A DNA stretch of 64,000 nucleotides from Terriglobia bacterium (GTDB taxonomy: Bacteria > Acidobacteriota > Terriglobia > 20CM-2-55-15). The notes below the pieces were generated by a model that made no database searches, was not told where the DNA came from, and worked only from the letters and a program-made list of their open reading frames with translations. Both the position numbers and the translations under genes were made by a program. The first letter of the stretch is position 1. Every line of letters starts with the position of its first letter. Of the stretch, positions 10,587-19,908 are shown piece by piece. The stretch is taken from contig DASXLG010000068.1 in the NCBI GenBank assembly GCA_036496425.1, positions 350 through 64,349 on the forward strand, given 5' to 3'.

Positions 10587-11732
10587 TCAAAAAGCCAACT
10601 GGAAAATGATGTGGACCGTTGCGGCCGAGTCCACCGGCTGGCCCGCACGCATCGCAGGCTTGAATCGAATCTGTCCGGCGGCTCGCATCGCAGTTTCGTC
10701 CAGGCCATGCCCGAGACCACGCACGACGTCGAGTACGGAAATCTCGTCGGTCGCCTTGAATAAAACATGAACGAGCACCTCGCCCTCTACCCGAAGCTTG
10801 CGGGCTTCTTCGGTGTATTCGGGCTTGGGCTTGTAGACAATCTCAACGGGTTTATCGGGAGGCCCGGCATTCATTTTCTTCGGCGCCGGCAGCGGAGCAG
10901 CGTCCGCGACCGCATCGAATCCGCCCTGCCGCACGCTGCGAATGACGGCGCCCGGATAACTGGAGGGAGCAGCAGCAGCAAAGCTTCCGCCAACAGCAAT
11001 ACCGGCGGCACGGTTGGAATTCTTCGCGGGAACTCCGTTCGGATTGCCGAATCCACCCGTTTGAACATCGTGGGCCGGGGCATTCGGCATAGCTGCAGCG
11101 GAATCGCTTTTCGTCGAGAAGACTCCGGTCTGGACAGCAAGCCGCGGAGGAGCGATGGCCGCCGGCGGCGCATCGATATGAGGCAGCGCTATCGGCGCCG
11201 GCACCGGGGCGGCAGGATCTTCGACTTTCAGGACCTTCGGAATCGGAACTTCATTCTTCGGTTCCGGCTCTGCTTTCCGAAGCGGTTCGATGACAGCAGG
11301 CGCCGGCTCGCGCGGCGGCTCGAGACGGCGCGAAGCGGACGTCGTTTCGACAAGCGTTACCGGCTTTTCGACTGGCGGCGCGACCAGAACAACGTCGTGG
11401 TGGACCTTCAATGAACTTGTAAATATCAGCGGCAGAACGATAACGAGCAGAAGCATTCCGATATGTATCAGGACGCTTATGCCGAAAGCGCCGGCTCTCG
11501 GATCGGACTTTTCAAAAGTCGGGAAAATTTCAATGGTCTGCGGCGCCTCCGCCGGGTGATTTCCATCGGCCGCAACACTTCGGCGAAGGCGGGGCCGGGT
11601 AAACCTCGCAGTGCACACGCTGGAACCGTCATCGGTCAATGCCTTTTGATCCGATAGGTTAAGACGGAGAAGCTCCTCGTAAAACGGTGGCACCCATCGC
11701 CTCCTTCTGAAATTCCACGGCCGCCCCGGCAT
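10587..11732 (-). CDS. energy transducer TonB family protein
   Basis: One TM segment (ISVLIHIGMLLLVIVLPLIF), a Pro-rich linker, and a C-terminal TonB domain: PEYTEEARKLRVEGEVLVHVLF...IRFKPAMRAGQPVDSAATVHIIFQL. Confidence 0.8.
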   Translation of the reverse strand: MPGRPWNFRRRRWVPPFYEELLRLNLSDQKALTDDGSSVCTARFTRPRLRRSVAADGNHPAEAPQTIEIFPTFEKSDPRAGAFGISVLIHIGMLLLVIVLPLIFTSSLKVHHDVVLVAPPVEKPVTLVETTSASRRLEPPREPAPAVIEPLRKAEPEPKNEVPIPKVLKVEDPAAPVPAPIALPHIDAPPAAIAPPRLAVQTGVFSTKSDSAAAMPNAPAHDVQTGGFGNPNGVPAKNSNRAAGIAVGGSFAAAAPSSYPGAVIRSVRQGGFDAVADAAPLPAPKKMNAGPPDKPVEIVYKPKPEYTEEARKLRVEGEVLVHVLFKATDEISVLDVVRGLGHGLDETAMRAAGQIRFKPAMRAGQPVDSAATVHIIFQLAF

Positions 11733-12024
11733 GGTTCTGCCGCGGCTGGCGGTAACTTCGAGGGAAACGTTTTAGCAAACGAAACTCCAGCGCTTACGGC
11801 TGGAGATTCATGCGGTGCATCGCGCTAAAATATCGGCGGCGCAGACGCAGAAACCTGCGCCTGCTTTCAGATTAAATGCACGTGCGCTGTCAATGGCTTC
11901 ATGAACTCTTTTTCGTAACAGCCAAGTACTTGTTCGTTTCTCGAACAAACAATTTCATGTGGCGTTGCCATCTGCACGTTTTCCCCTCCACTACCCCGGG
12001 CCTAACTGCTAGAATCCAAAGCAT

Positions 12025-12098
12025 GCGCCCGTAGCTCAGATGGATAGAGCGTTGGTCTCCGAAACCAAAGGTCGGACGTTCGAATCGTCTCGGGCGTA
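12025..12098 (+). tRNA. tRNA-Arg (anticodon CCG)
   Basis: Hand-folded: acceptor GCGCCCG/CGGGCGT, D arm GCTC..GAGC, anticodon arm TTGGT-CTCCGAA-ACCAA, T arm GGACG-TTCGAAT-CGTCT. Confidence 0.9.
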
Positions 12099-12101
12099 TT
12101 G

Positions 12102-12136
12102 AGGAGGTCACTAACAGGGTGACCTCCTTTCTTTTG
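12102..12136 (+). terminator. rho-independent terminator after tRNA-Arg
   Basis: AGGAGGTCAC-ctaacagg-GTGACCTCCT is a 10-bp stem followed by TTCTTTTGG. Confidence 0.75.
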
Positions 12137-12413
12137 GTTCCAGATAGCCCCAATGGCTAATCGCTGGTTCTTGCAAAGAGGGCAGGCTGACTACGGCTTT
12201 TTTGCGACGATCTTTCCGTTTTCCAAAACGATAATTGGAGTGCCGTACATTTTCGCAATCTTTCTCGCTGCGTGGCGCTCCCTTACTGGACTTCTTCACT
12301 TGAAGATAGTAGCAAGCATGGACGCAAGCTATTTAGCGACACGGTCCACATCAATTTTCTGCAAAGGCGTGTAGGAGAATCACGGTCAGGTTCGGGAACG
12401 CCAATGAAGTACC

Positions 12414-12623
12414 ATGCCGCCAGACATGCGCGATTCTCCGACACGAACAGGCGACATCAACCACGTAGCCGGCATCTACCATTCGAAGTGTCACTCGGAA
12501 GAGCGCACGATCCTCGAAGGTCAGAGGTTTCCCCGTTGCGCGCGCTGCAATGCAGATACGGTCTGGCTTTTCGTCCGGCCGGCAGGAGCGCCGAAAACGG
12601 CGCTGCAGGCTGCCGGAAATTGA
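12414..12623 (+). CDS. small Cys/His-containing hypothetical protein
   Basis: 69 aa. GIYHSKCHSEERTILEGQRFPRCARCNADTVWLFV resembles small zinc-ribbon-like proteins I recall from Acidobacteria. The overlapping 129-aa frame (12272..12661) looks less protein-like. Confidence 0.4.
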   Translation: MPPDMRDSPTRTGDINHVAGIYHSKCHSEERTILEGQRFPRCARCNADTVWLFVRPAGAPKTALQAAGN

Positions 12624-12632
12624 AACACGCAA

Positions 12633-12845
12633 TCAGGCGGTGCGGTTGTATTTCTGACTGAGCTTGGTTTTAGGTTCGTCGGCTTTGACGATATCGGCCT
12701 CGTTCCATTCGCGCTCGCCAAGTCCTTGAATGCTGACCAGATAAACGTTTTCCCCGCGTTGCTTCTTGATAAAGCCGATGCGTTTGTTCTTGATGTTCTC
12801 GACTCTGTCGCCCATTTCGAACTTTGGATTGCTCATATCTAACAT
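12633..12845 (-). CDS. small hypothetical protein
   Basis: With ATG 12845 as start it is 70 aa: MLDMSNPKFEMGDRVENIKNKRIGFIKKQRGENVYLVSIQGLGEREWNEADIV. It is Lys-rich and AT-richer than its surroundings. Confidence 0.4.
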   Translation of the reverse strand: MLDMSNPKFEMGDRVENIKNKRIGFIKKQRGENVYLVSIQGLGEREWNEADIVKADEPKTKLSQKYNRTA

Positions 12846-12865
12846 TCTAGCCTCAGATCGCGCGG

Positions 12866-15076
12866 ATGGACCAGATTCTCGTCCTTTTACAAATCCTGCC
12901 GTCAGGCGCCCGTCCCGAGTACAATCATGCGGCGGATATGGCGTGGATATTATTGATCGCACTGCATGTGCGGGCGACGTGGGCGGGGCTGGTTTATACC
13001 GGTTTCGCAGACCTGAAGGGCTGGGCCCCCGGACAGATTTTTTTTCTGGGTCTGGTGGTCATGCTCGCGCTCCTTGCGCGTTCGTCCCTGACAGCGGCGA
13101 GACTGGTCCGGATTCCCGTGGCCGTGCTGGCGATCGTGCTGGTGCTGGCCGGTTGGTCCGCCCGGACGACAGGCGACACGTTTCACGTTCTCACGACCGA
13201 ATCCGGAAAGACGCGATGGGAAATGCTCCGAAGTTCGGCCGAAGCGGAAGCGGATCGATACCTCGCTCTCGACGCGCTGCTGGCGTTGCTGACGATCGCG
13301 GCATCATTCCGGTTCAAACCGAAACCGGTGCCTTACCGCGCCATCATCGCCGCATCTGCCGGCGTGCTGCTGACGGCCGGGGCCCTGCCTCATCCAAAAG
13401 ATCCGCGGCTTGAGAGTCCGCTGCTCGCGTTATTGAAAGGACAAGGCGCGGCACTGCGGCCCACCACGGTGGATGCCGTCGCGGATGTGAGGTCGTTGCG
13501 CTACGGCGTGGTCGACATTCCCGCAAACATACGCGCTGCGCTGCAGAAGTCTCGCGCCACGCTGCTGCAGAAAGGCCGTCATCCGAACATCGTGCTGGTG
13601 TTCATGGAGTCAACCGGCTATCGCCAGATCCAGCCGGGCGGAAACTGGAATCCAACGGTGACGCCCTCGCTGTATTCGCTGAGCCGTAATGGCGTTCTTT
13701 TCACCACCGTCTATGCGCCCTTCCCGGGCACCGTCCGCGCTCATCTCTCGGTGATGACGGGCGGCAAGATCATTACCTGGGGCAGCGTCTACAAGGAACT
13801 CGCGCACCGGTATCTCGGCCCCACGCTGCCGGGCGAGCTTAAAAATCGCGGCTACCGGACCGGCTTTTTCTCCGCGGCTTTTCTCGACAGCGAAAACATG
13901 GACGGCTTTTACGACCGGCTGCCCTTCGACGAAAAACTGATTCCCGAGCGCATGCCGGAGTCGTATCGGAATGAACATGCCTTCAACAGCTGGGGCATCG
14001 ATGATCGCGAAGTCGGGGATCGCGCCGTGGCGTGGGCGAAGAAAGGCAACGAACCGTTCTTCATGACCATCAATCTGGACGCGACGCACCATCCTTATGA
14101 TGTGCCGGACGGCTTCCCGCTCGTGGAGGCCAACAACGAAAACGAGAACCGCTTCGCCAACGCGCTTCACTTTACCGATTCGGTTCTGGGCGGGCTGGTC
14201 CAGGGCCTGAACGAAGCCGGGCTCGACGATACGCTGTTTCTTGTCATCGGCGATCACGGCGAAAGCTTCGGAGAGCTTCATCCGGGCAACTTCACGCATC
14301 GCAATTTTATTTATGAAGAGAATGTGCGGTCTTTTCTCCTCATCGCCGACCTCAAAAAAAGACTTTCGCCGCTCACTGTGGACTTTCCCGCAAGCCACGG
14401 CGATGTGCTCTGGACGACGCTCGACATGCTCGACGCCGAAGGAACGCCGGGCTCGCTTTTCGAACCGAAGGGCAAGATCGAATACTTCTATAAAAACACG
14501 TATCCCGAGCTGTGGGGCCTGCGCGACGGAGAGTGGAAATTCATCGAGTCCGTGCTGCCCGGGCAGGACGAGGAGCTTTACCGCCTCGACCAGGATCCGC
14601 ACGAGTCGCACAACCTCGCCACGCAATATCCGGCGCGCATGAACGAGTACCGCAAGCTCGCCACGCAGTGGTATATCGAGTCACAGAACGATTTCGTTGC
14701 CAGGCTCGAAGACTACCGCTTCGAAGGCGGCGAAACCCTGAAAGCCAACGACCTCAACGAAGAAGGGCCGAAGCGGCTCAGTTTCGGCACAGTTGCCAGG
14801 GACGACAGCTTTACTCCAGCCGACAGCATATCCGCCAAAGCGAAGATTGCGGTATTTACGAAGGACTTTCCTTACAAAGACGGTAAGACCCTGCTCTATC
14901 ACTTCGAGGCTCCCGACGGCTCCGAACATCACTTCAGCTTCTTCCACGAACCGGACTGGAGCGACGTATACGTCTACCCGCAGCAATCCTTCAAGATGAC
15001 GCCGGGTCTGTGGAAAATCAGCATCATGGACGGCAATCGCGAGCTGGTCCACGGCCAGGTGATCGTCACACCGTAG
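12866..15076 (+). CDS. membrane-anchored sulfatase-like / LTA-synthase family protein
   Basis: N-terminal multi-TM region, then NIVLVFMESTG, NLDATHHPYD and VIGDHGESFG, which are alkaline-phosphatase-superfamily motifs. The start is uncertain; the alternative is ATG 12938. Confidence 0.75.
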   Translation: MDQILVLLQILPSGARPEYNHAADMAWILLIALHVRATWAGLVYTGFADLKGWAPGQIFFLGLVVMLALLARSSLTAARLVRIPVAVLAIVLVLAGWSARTTGDTFHVLTTESGKTRWEMLRSSAEAEADRYLALDALLALLTIAASFRFKPKPVPYRAIIAASAGVLLTAGALPHPKDPRLESPLLALLKGQGAALRPTTVDAVADVRSLRYGVVDIPANIRAALQKSRATLLQKGRHPNIVLVFMESTGYRQIQPGGNWNPTVTPSLYSLSRNGVLFTTVYAPFPGTVRAHLSVMTGGKIITWGSVYKELAHRYLGPTLPGELKNRGYRTGFFSAAFLDSENMDGFYDRLPFDEKLIPERMPESYRNEHAFNSWGIDDREVGDRAVAWAKKGNEPFFMTINLDATHHPYDVPDGFPLVEANNENENRFANALHFTDSVLGGLVQGLNEAGLDDTLFLVIGDHGESFGELHPGNFTHRNFIYEENVRSFLLIADLKKRLSPLTVDFPASHGDVLWTTLDMLDAEGTPGSLFEPKGKIEYFYKNTYPELWGLRDGEWKFIESVLPGQDEELYRLDQDPHESHNLATQYPARMNEYRKLATQWYIESQNDFVARLEDYRFEGGETLKANDLNEEGPKRLSFGTVARDDSFTPADSISAKAKIAVFTKDFPYKDGKTLLYHFEAPDGSEHHFSFFHEPDWSDVYVYPQQSFKMTPGLWKISIMDGNRELVHGQVIVTP

Positions 15077-15087
15077 CCTGCAGTTCG

Positions 15088-18000
15088 TTACCAGTTCAGC
15101 TTCAACGCAAACTGCAGCTGCCGTGGATCAAATGCAGAGGTCGGGACGCCGGCTTGCGTATACAGCGGATTCACATCGGCAACATTAAACCGGTTGATAA
15201 GGTTGAAGACGTCCAATATGGCGTCGGCGTGCACCGTTTCGGAGATGCGGAGCCGCCTGCTGACGCGCATATCGGTAAAGATAGTGTGGGGTTTCGTTCC
15301 GGCATTGCGGCCGAGATTTCCGGGAACCGTGCCATCGATGAAACATGAAGCCTGGAAGAATCCGGTCGGCGAATATTTTGAAACGACGGGCGCATCGCCG
15401 CAGGAATCCGTGGCTGTGCCTGCAGACACGACATTGGGCCGGTCGGTATTGGCTCCGAAATCGAAGTTCGTATCGGAGCCGGTCAGGATCGCGAAAGGCC
15501 GGCCGGAACTGATTTCGAAAATCGGCGCGACCGTCCAGTCGCTCAGGACAGCGTGCAGATTGCCGGTGACCTTGCCCGATTGATAAACCGCGCTCCACAC
15601 GAACCGATGACGCTGATCGAAAAGGGAACTCGACCGTTCGCTCGGATGAAGATTGTCCTGCGGTGAAAGCGGCGTCTCCAGGTCCGTCGAGTCGTCGATC
15701 GCGTGAGACCAGGTATAGGATCCCAGCATCTCCCATCTATTGCTGAAGCGCTTGCGCAGGTTGGCCGTGAATCCGTGATAGACCGAGTTGCCGTCCGATA
15801 CATTCGGCGTCGTCCCGCTGAAAGGGACCGGCACGCCGAGTCCAAGCCCATATCTGGTTTCCACGGCCGAAACCAGCTGCTGTGCTAACGGCGGCAGGAT
15901 CGTGCCGGTACACGTGACGCCATTCGTCGCCGCGCCGCAGTATGTCGGATTGGCTCCGGAACGTCTGAAGAAGTTGGTGACGGCGGCGGCAACATACGGG
16001 CCCAGCGTCGGGCTGACACCAAACTGATCGACCAGAAGAGGGTTCGTTGCAAAATCCGCTTTTTGTGCGGCCGTCAATGCCGGATCCGACATCGCCGCCT
16101 GCCAGTTCGATATCAGCGCGCTGTATATCGGCGGATTGAAGTCACGCGGCCGGTTCAGGTGGTGTCCGCCGTTAAAGCTGTAGGCGAGATCCAGCGCGAA
16201 GTTGTGGCCGAGGTCCCGCTCGATGCTGAAGTTCGCCTGTTGAGAATACGCGTACTCGAAATTCTTCCCCGTCGGAAGGCCGAAAGGCAGAATCGAGAGC
16301 GGGATTCCCGCGCTCAAATAGTTCTCGTTGACGAATATCGAATTGGGCAGAAACGAATCGAACCGCTGCTGATTCGGCAGGTAACCGAAACTCGCAGGCA
16401 AACAGCCCAGCAAGCCCTGAAAAATATTGGTCGCGTTGACGTTCGCGGCCGCAGCGCTGGAGTTCGTGCAAGGAGCCGGCGAACCTCCGGTCCAGGCAAA
16501 CTGCGGGGTGCCTGCGCCATCGGCAATAGCGGAGTTGAAGATGAGCGCCAGCAGCGGATGATCGTAGAAAATACCGTAACTGGTACGGACGACGGTTTTG
16601 CCGTTATTCCCGGGATCCCACGCCAGGCCGATACGCGGCGCAAAATTGTTGGTATCTTGCGGCACGCCTTTGACAATTCCCAGCGCGTTCTGCGCATTTT
16701 GCGAGATCGTGTTGACGGCCGGAAATGTCGGAGTCAGCTCGACGTCGTATCGCACGCCGTAATTCAGCGTCAGGTTCTGCCGGAGGCGCCACGAGTCCTG
16801 CACGAAGCTTGCATACGTTGTAACGCTGAAAGCCTGATGCGGATTGCCTATGCCCTGGATAAACACCTGGGGCACGCCCAGGCCATAAGCCTGCACCGGG
16901 CTGAAGCTCGGAACCGCCTGTCCGCCGAACGTTGAAGGCAATCCGAACGACCCCGGCGCCAATTGGCCGAAGTTATACACGCCCCCAAAGTTCACGGTGA
17001 AGTCGGCCGCCAGTGGAAGGTGGTTGATGTCGCCCCCGAATTTTACGGTGTGGTGTCCGTGCTGCCAGGACAAACTATCTGTGACCTGATACCGTTCCTC
17101 GGTCCGCCGGACATAACTGAACGGTTCGCGGCCGATAAAAGCGAACCCGGGAATGTTCACAGCGACATCGCCGCCATGCGGATCCGGCGAGAAGTTGTAC
17201 AGCAGGCCGCGCCGGGCGTACTGGAAACGAAGCTCATAGACCTTCGACGGCGAGATCGTCCACAAATATTGGGCCGTGATGCTGGCGTCGCGGAACGTTT
17301 GCTGCGAGGTGCGGGAGAACGAATTCTGTCCGAAATTTTCGGAAGGACCTTGCGCATTCACCTGTATTCCCGTCACCGTGCTCGGGCTGGCGCCCCCGCG
17401 CAGCGTCAGCTGGTGCGAGTTGTCGAAATGGTGGTCCAGACGCAGCGAGTAAATACTGGTGCCTTCGAAGACGGGAAAGTTGCCGCGGTCGGAATTCAAG
17501 CTGCTGAATGAAGCGGGCAGCGGAGCGCAGACCGGCGTTTGCGGTGTACACGTGCTGGCAAACCCTTGCCGTCCTCCGAACGCGATCGGCTGTGTTCCGG
17601 TTGTCGCCACAGCAGACGATGCGCCCGCCAGAAAAAGGTACGAGCTCAGGAATTGATTTGCCGGATTCGTTGAAGGAAGCGCGAGGGCGGCGGCGTTTGC
17701 GCCGATGAAGGCCGCCTGATCCGGCGTCACCTGGAGTGTCCCGAGGCCCGGAAGCGACAGCGGCGTCAGACCGAAATTGGCGGCGCCGATGCTGGAAAAT
17801 CCCGTTTCATGCCGGCGGGTGCTCTCGAACGAGAAAAAGTAGAACGTCTTATCCTTTTTGAGCGGACCGCTGAAGGTGAGACCGCTCTGCACCCGCGTGT
17901 ATGCCGGATTCGGCACGGTTGAGAACGGATTCACTGCCTGGATATTGCGGTTGCGGAGATATCCGAAAGCCGTGCCGTGAATGGCGTTGCCCCCGGACCG

Positions 18001-18726
18001 CGTCACGATGTTCACCACGCCGCCGGATGCCCGGCCATATTCCGCCGCGTAACCGTTCGTGATGAGTTGAAATTCCTGCACCGCCTCCTGCGAAACCGTC
18101 GAACGCACGCCATTCACGGAGTTATCCGTCGCGTCCGCGCCATCCACGTTGACGAGATTGGCGCGCGCCCGCTGGCCGCCGATGTTCAATCCCGAGGTTG
18201 GAGCGGCGCCGATCGAGGGCGTCGTATCCCTGGCCGTCTGGGAGTTGGTCAATGTGAAATTGATGTAATTGCGGCCGTTGATCGGCAGGTTGTCGATGCG
18301 CAGCTCATCTACGGTTGTCGCCAGCGACGTCCGCTGGGTTTCGATGATCGAGGCGTCGGCGGTCACCGTGACCTCCGCATTTACGCCCGGCAGCTGGAGC
18401 GTGATCGGCAGGTTCGCCACCTGGCCGACCGTCACCGTGATGCCTCTACCCGTCAGCTTGCTGAAACCGGAAGCCTGAACGGATATCGTGTACTGGCCCG
18501 CCGGAACGAAAAGAAATCGGTACGTCCCGGATGCGTCGGAAACCACGCTCTGCTCAAACGCGCTGGCTTCCGAATGCAGCGTGATCATTGCACCCGGCAC
18601 AACCCCGCCCTTTGGATCAAAGATGGTGCCGCTCAGCTGCCCGCCCGTCGACAGGGACTGTGCGAATGCAGGCAGGGTCAAGGTCAATATCAACAGCGAC
18701 TTGGCGAGACAAGACCACAGTTTCAT
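15088..18726 (-). CDS. TonB-dependent receptor with N-terminal carboxypeptidase-regulatory-like domain
   Basis: 1212 aa. Signal peptide: MKLWSCLAKSLLILTLTLPAFA. CarboxypepD_reg-like: GTIFDPKGGVVPGAMITL..YRF..PAGQYT. This is followed by a plug and a long beta-barrel ending in QFALKLNW. Confidence 0.85.
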   Translation of the reverse strand: MKLWSCLAKSLLILTLTLPAFAQSLSTGGQLSGTIFDPKGGVVPGAMITLHSEASAFEQSVVSDASGTYRFLFVPAGQYTISVQASGFSKLTGRGITVTVGQVANLPITLQLPGVNAEVTVTADASIIETQRTSLATTVDELRIDNLPINGRNYINFTLTNSQTARDTTPSIGAAPTSGLNIGGQRARANLVNVDGADATDNSVNGVRSTVSQEAVQEFQLITNGYAAEYGRASGGVVNIVTRSGGNAIHGTAFGYLRNRNIQAVNPFSTVPNPAYTRVQSGLTFSGPLKKDKTFYFFSFESTRRHETGFSSIGAANFGLTPLSLPGLGTLQVTPDQAAFIGANAAALALPSTNPANQFLSSYLFLAGASSAVATTGTQPIAFGGRQGFASTCTPQTPVCAPLPASFSSLNSDRGNFPVFEGTSIYSLRLDHHFDNSHQLTLRGGASPSTVTGIQVNAQGPSENFGQNSFSRTSQQTFRDASITAQYLWTISPSKVYELRFQYARRGLLYNFSPDPHGGDVAVNIPGFAFIGREPFSYVRRTEERYQVTDSLSWQHGHHTVKFGGDINHLPLAADFTVNFGGVYNFGQLAPGSFGLPSTFGGQAVPSFSPVQAYGLGVPQVFIQGIGNPHQAFSVTTYASFVQDSWRLRQNLTLNYGVRYDVELTPTFPAVNTISQNAQNALGIVKGVPQDTNNFAPRIGLAWDPGNNGKTVVRTSYGIFYDHPLLALIFNSAIADGAGTPQFAWTGGSPAPCTNSSAAAANVNATNIFQGLLGCLPASFGYLPNQQRFDSFLPNSIFVNENYLSAGIPLSILPFGLPTGKNFEYAYSQQANFSIERDLGHNFALDLAYSFNGGHHLNRPRDFNPPIYSALISNWQAAMSDPALTAAQKADFATNPLLVDQFGVSPTLGPYVAAAVTNFFRRSGANPTYCGAATNGVTCTGTILPPLAQQLVSAVETRYGLGLGVPVPFSGTTPNVSDGNSVYHGFTANLRKRFSNRWEMLGSYTWSHAIDDSTDLETPLSPQDNLHPSERSSSLFDQRHRFVWSAVYQSGKVTGNLHAVLSDWTVAPIFEISSGRPFAILTGSDTNFDFGANTDRPNVVSAGTATDSCGDAPVVSKYSPTGFFQASCFIDGTVPGNLGRNAGTKPHTIFTDMRVSRRLRISETVHADAILDVFNLINRFNVADVNPLYTQAGVPTSAFDPRQLQFALKLNW

Positions 18727-18837
18727 GAACTCTCCAATTGAATCGGATTAATTGCGGTCAACAACGTTCCCCGTATTGTAAAGTAAACGGGTGCCTTGGC
18801 TGTGGCAAAGGCAAAAATCGGAAAAACGCCCGCTGCA

Positions 18838-19902
18838 ATGATTTCAATACAGATTACGAAAAGCACAAAGCCGGCAAACAAGCCCGACGAAACCGCGTTG
18901 GGATTCGGGCAGATCTTCACGGACCATTGGTTCCGCTGTGATTACCAGGAAGGAAAGGGCTGGCATGATGCCAGGGTCGAGCCCTATGGCGAACTGAGGC
19001 TCAATCCCGCCGCGGCGGTTCTTCACTATGCGCAGGAAGTTTTCGACGGGCTGAAAGGTTTTCGCGGCGTCGACGGCAAAATCCGTCTCTTCCGCCCGGA
19101 TATGCACGTGCGGCGCCTGAATCGTTCCGCCGAACGCCTTTGCATGCCGCAGCTCGATCCGGAGCTGGCTCTGGCCTCGATCGAAAAGCTGGTCGATATC
19201 GATCGCGACTGGGTGCCTCACAATATCGGCACGGCCGTTTATATCCGTCCGACGATGGTGGCGACAGAAGCGTTTCTGGGAGTGCGGCCAGCCAAGTCCT
19301 ACACCTATTTCGTGATTCTTTCTCCGGTCGGCGCCTACTATTCGACCGGGATGGCGCCGGTGCGTCTTCGCGTGGAAGAGCGCGACGTCCGGGCCGTCGA
19401 AGGCGGACTGGGTGGCGCGAAGGCCGGGGCCAACTATGCGGCAACGCTGCGGGCCGGCGAGCGGGCGAAACATGACGGCTTTGCGCAGGTGCTTTATCTG
19501 GACGGCATCCACCGGAGGTATCTCGAGGAAGTCGGCACCATGAACATCATGGTGAGAATCGGCGACCGGATCGTCACGCCTCCGCTCGGCGGAACAATTC
19601 TTGCCGGCGTCACACGCGATTCCGTTCTGTACTTGATGCGCTCCTGGGGCATGGACGTTGAGGAGCGGCAGATTTCCATCGACGAAGTCGTCGAAGCGCA
19701 CCATCAAGGCGCGCTCAAAGAAGTATGGGGAACCGGCACGGCGGCCGTGATCTCTCCGGTCGGTGAGCTGGTGTACAAGGACTCGGCGCTCACCATTCAC
19801 AACAATGCGACGGGTGAGCTGACGCAGCGCCTTTACGACGCAATCGTTCGAATCCAGTATGGACAGGCAGAGGCGCCAGCCGGCTGGATTGTCGAAGTCT
19901 GA
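18838..19902 (+). CDS. ilvE: branched-chain amino acid aminotransferase
   Basis: LGFGQIFTDHWF, LHYAQEVFDGLKGFR and GGLGGAKAGANYA are class IV aminotransferase motifs. I chose ATG 18838 as start; the ORF track starts at 18796. Confidence 0.85.
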   Translation: MISIQITKSTKPANKPDETALGFGQIFTDHWFRCDYQEGKGWHDARVEPYGELRLNPAAAVLHYAQEVFDGLKGFRGVDGKIRLFRPDMHVRRLNRSAERLCMPQLDPELALASIEKLVDIDRDWVPHNIGTAVYIRPTMVATEAFLGVRPAKSYTYFVILSPVGAYYSTGMAPVRLRVEERDVRAVEGGLGGAKAGANYAATLRAGERAKHDGFAQVLYLDGIHRRYLEEVGTMNIMVRIGDRIVTPPLGGTILAGVTRDSVLYLMRSWGMDVEERQISIDEVVEAHHQGALKEVWGTGTAAVISPVGELVYKDSALTIHNNATGELTQRLYDAIVRIQYGQAEAPAGWIVEV

Positions 19903-19908
19903 CCCGCG

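Noticed and set aside
11899-12153. 84-aa minus-strand ORF
   Set aside because: It overlaps the tRNA-Arg(CCG) gene and its terminator.
12183-12290. Start-less minus-strand frame ..RKIAKMYGTPIIVLENGKIVAKKP* as an antitoxin-like remnant
   Set aside because: The resemblance is only a vague memory of similar C-terminal tails. There is no start codon, and an in-frame TGA lies about 35 codons upstream of the stop. It is mentioned under the tRNA-islet finding but not annotated.
13610-14626. Long antisense ORFs inside confirmed genes (also 18844-19800, 23247-24299, 29200-30630, 41357-42391, 43296-44039, 44727-45671, 49046-49972, 50149-51414, 55066-56157, 58984-59646)
   Set aside because: Each lies opposite a gene with clear family motifs and shows the Arg/Gly/Asp-rich, low-complexity composition of high-GC shadow frames.
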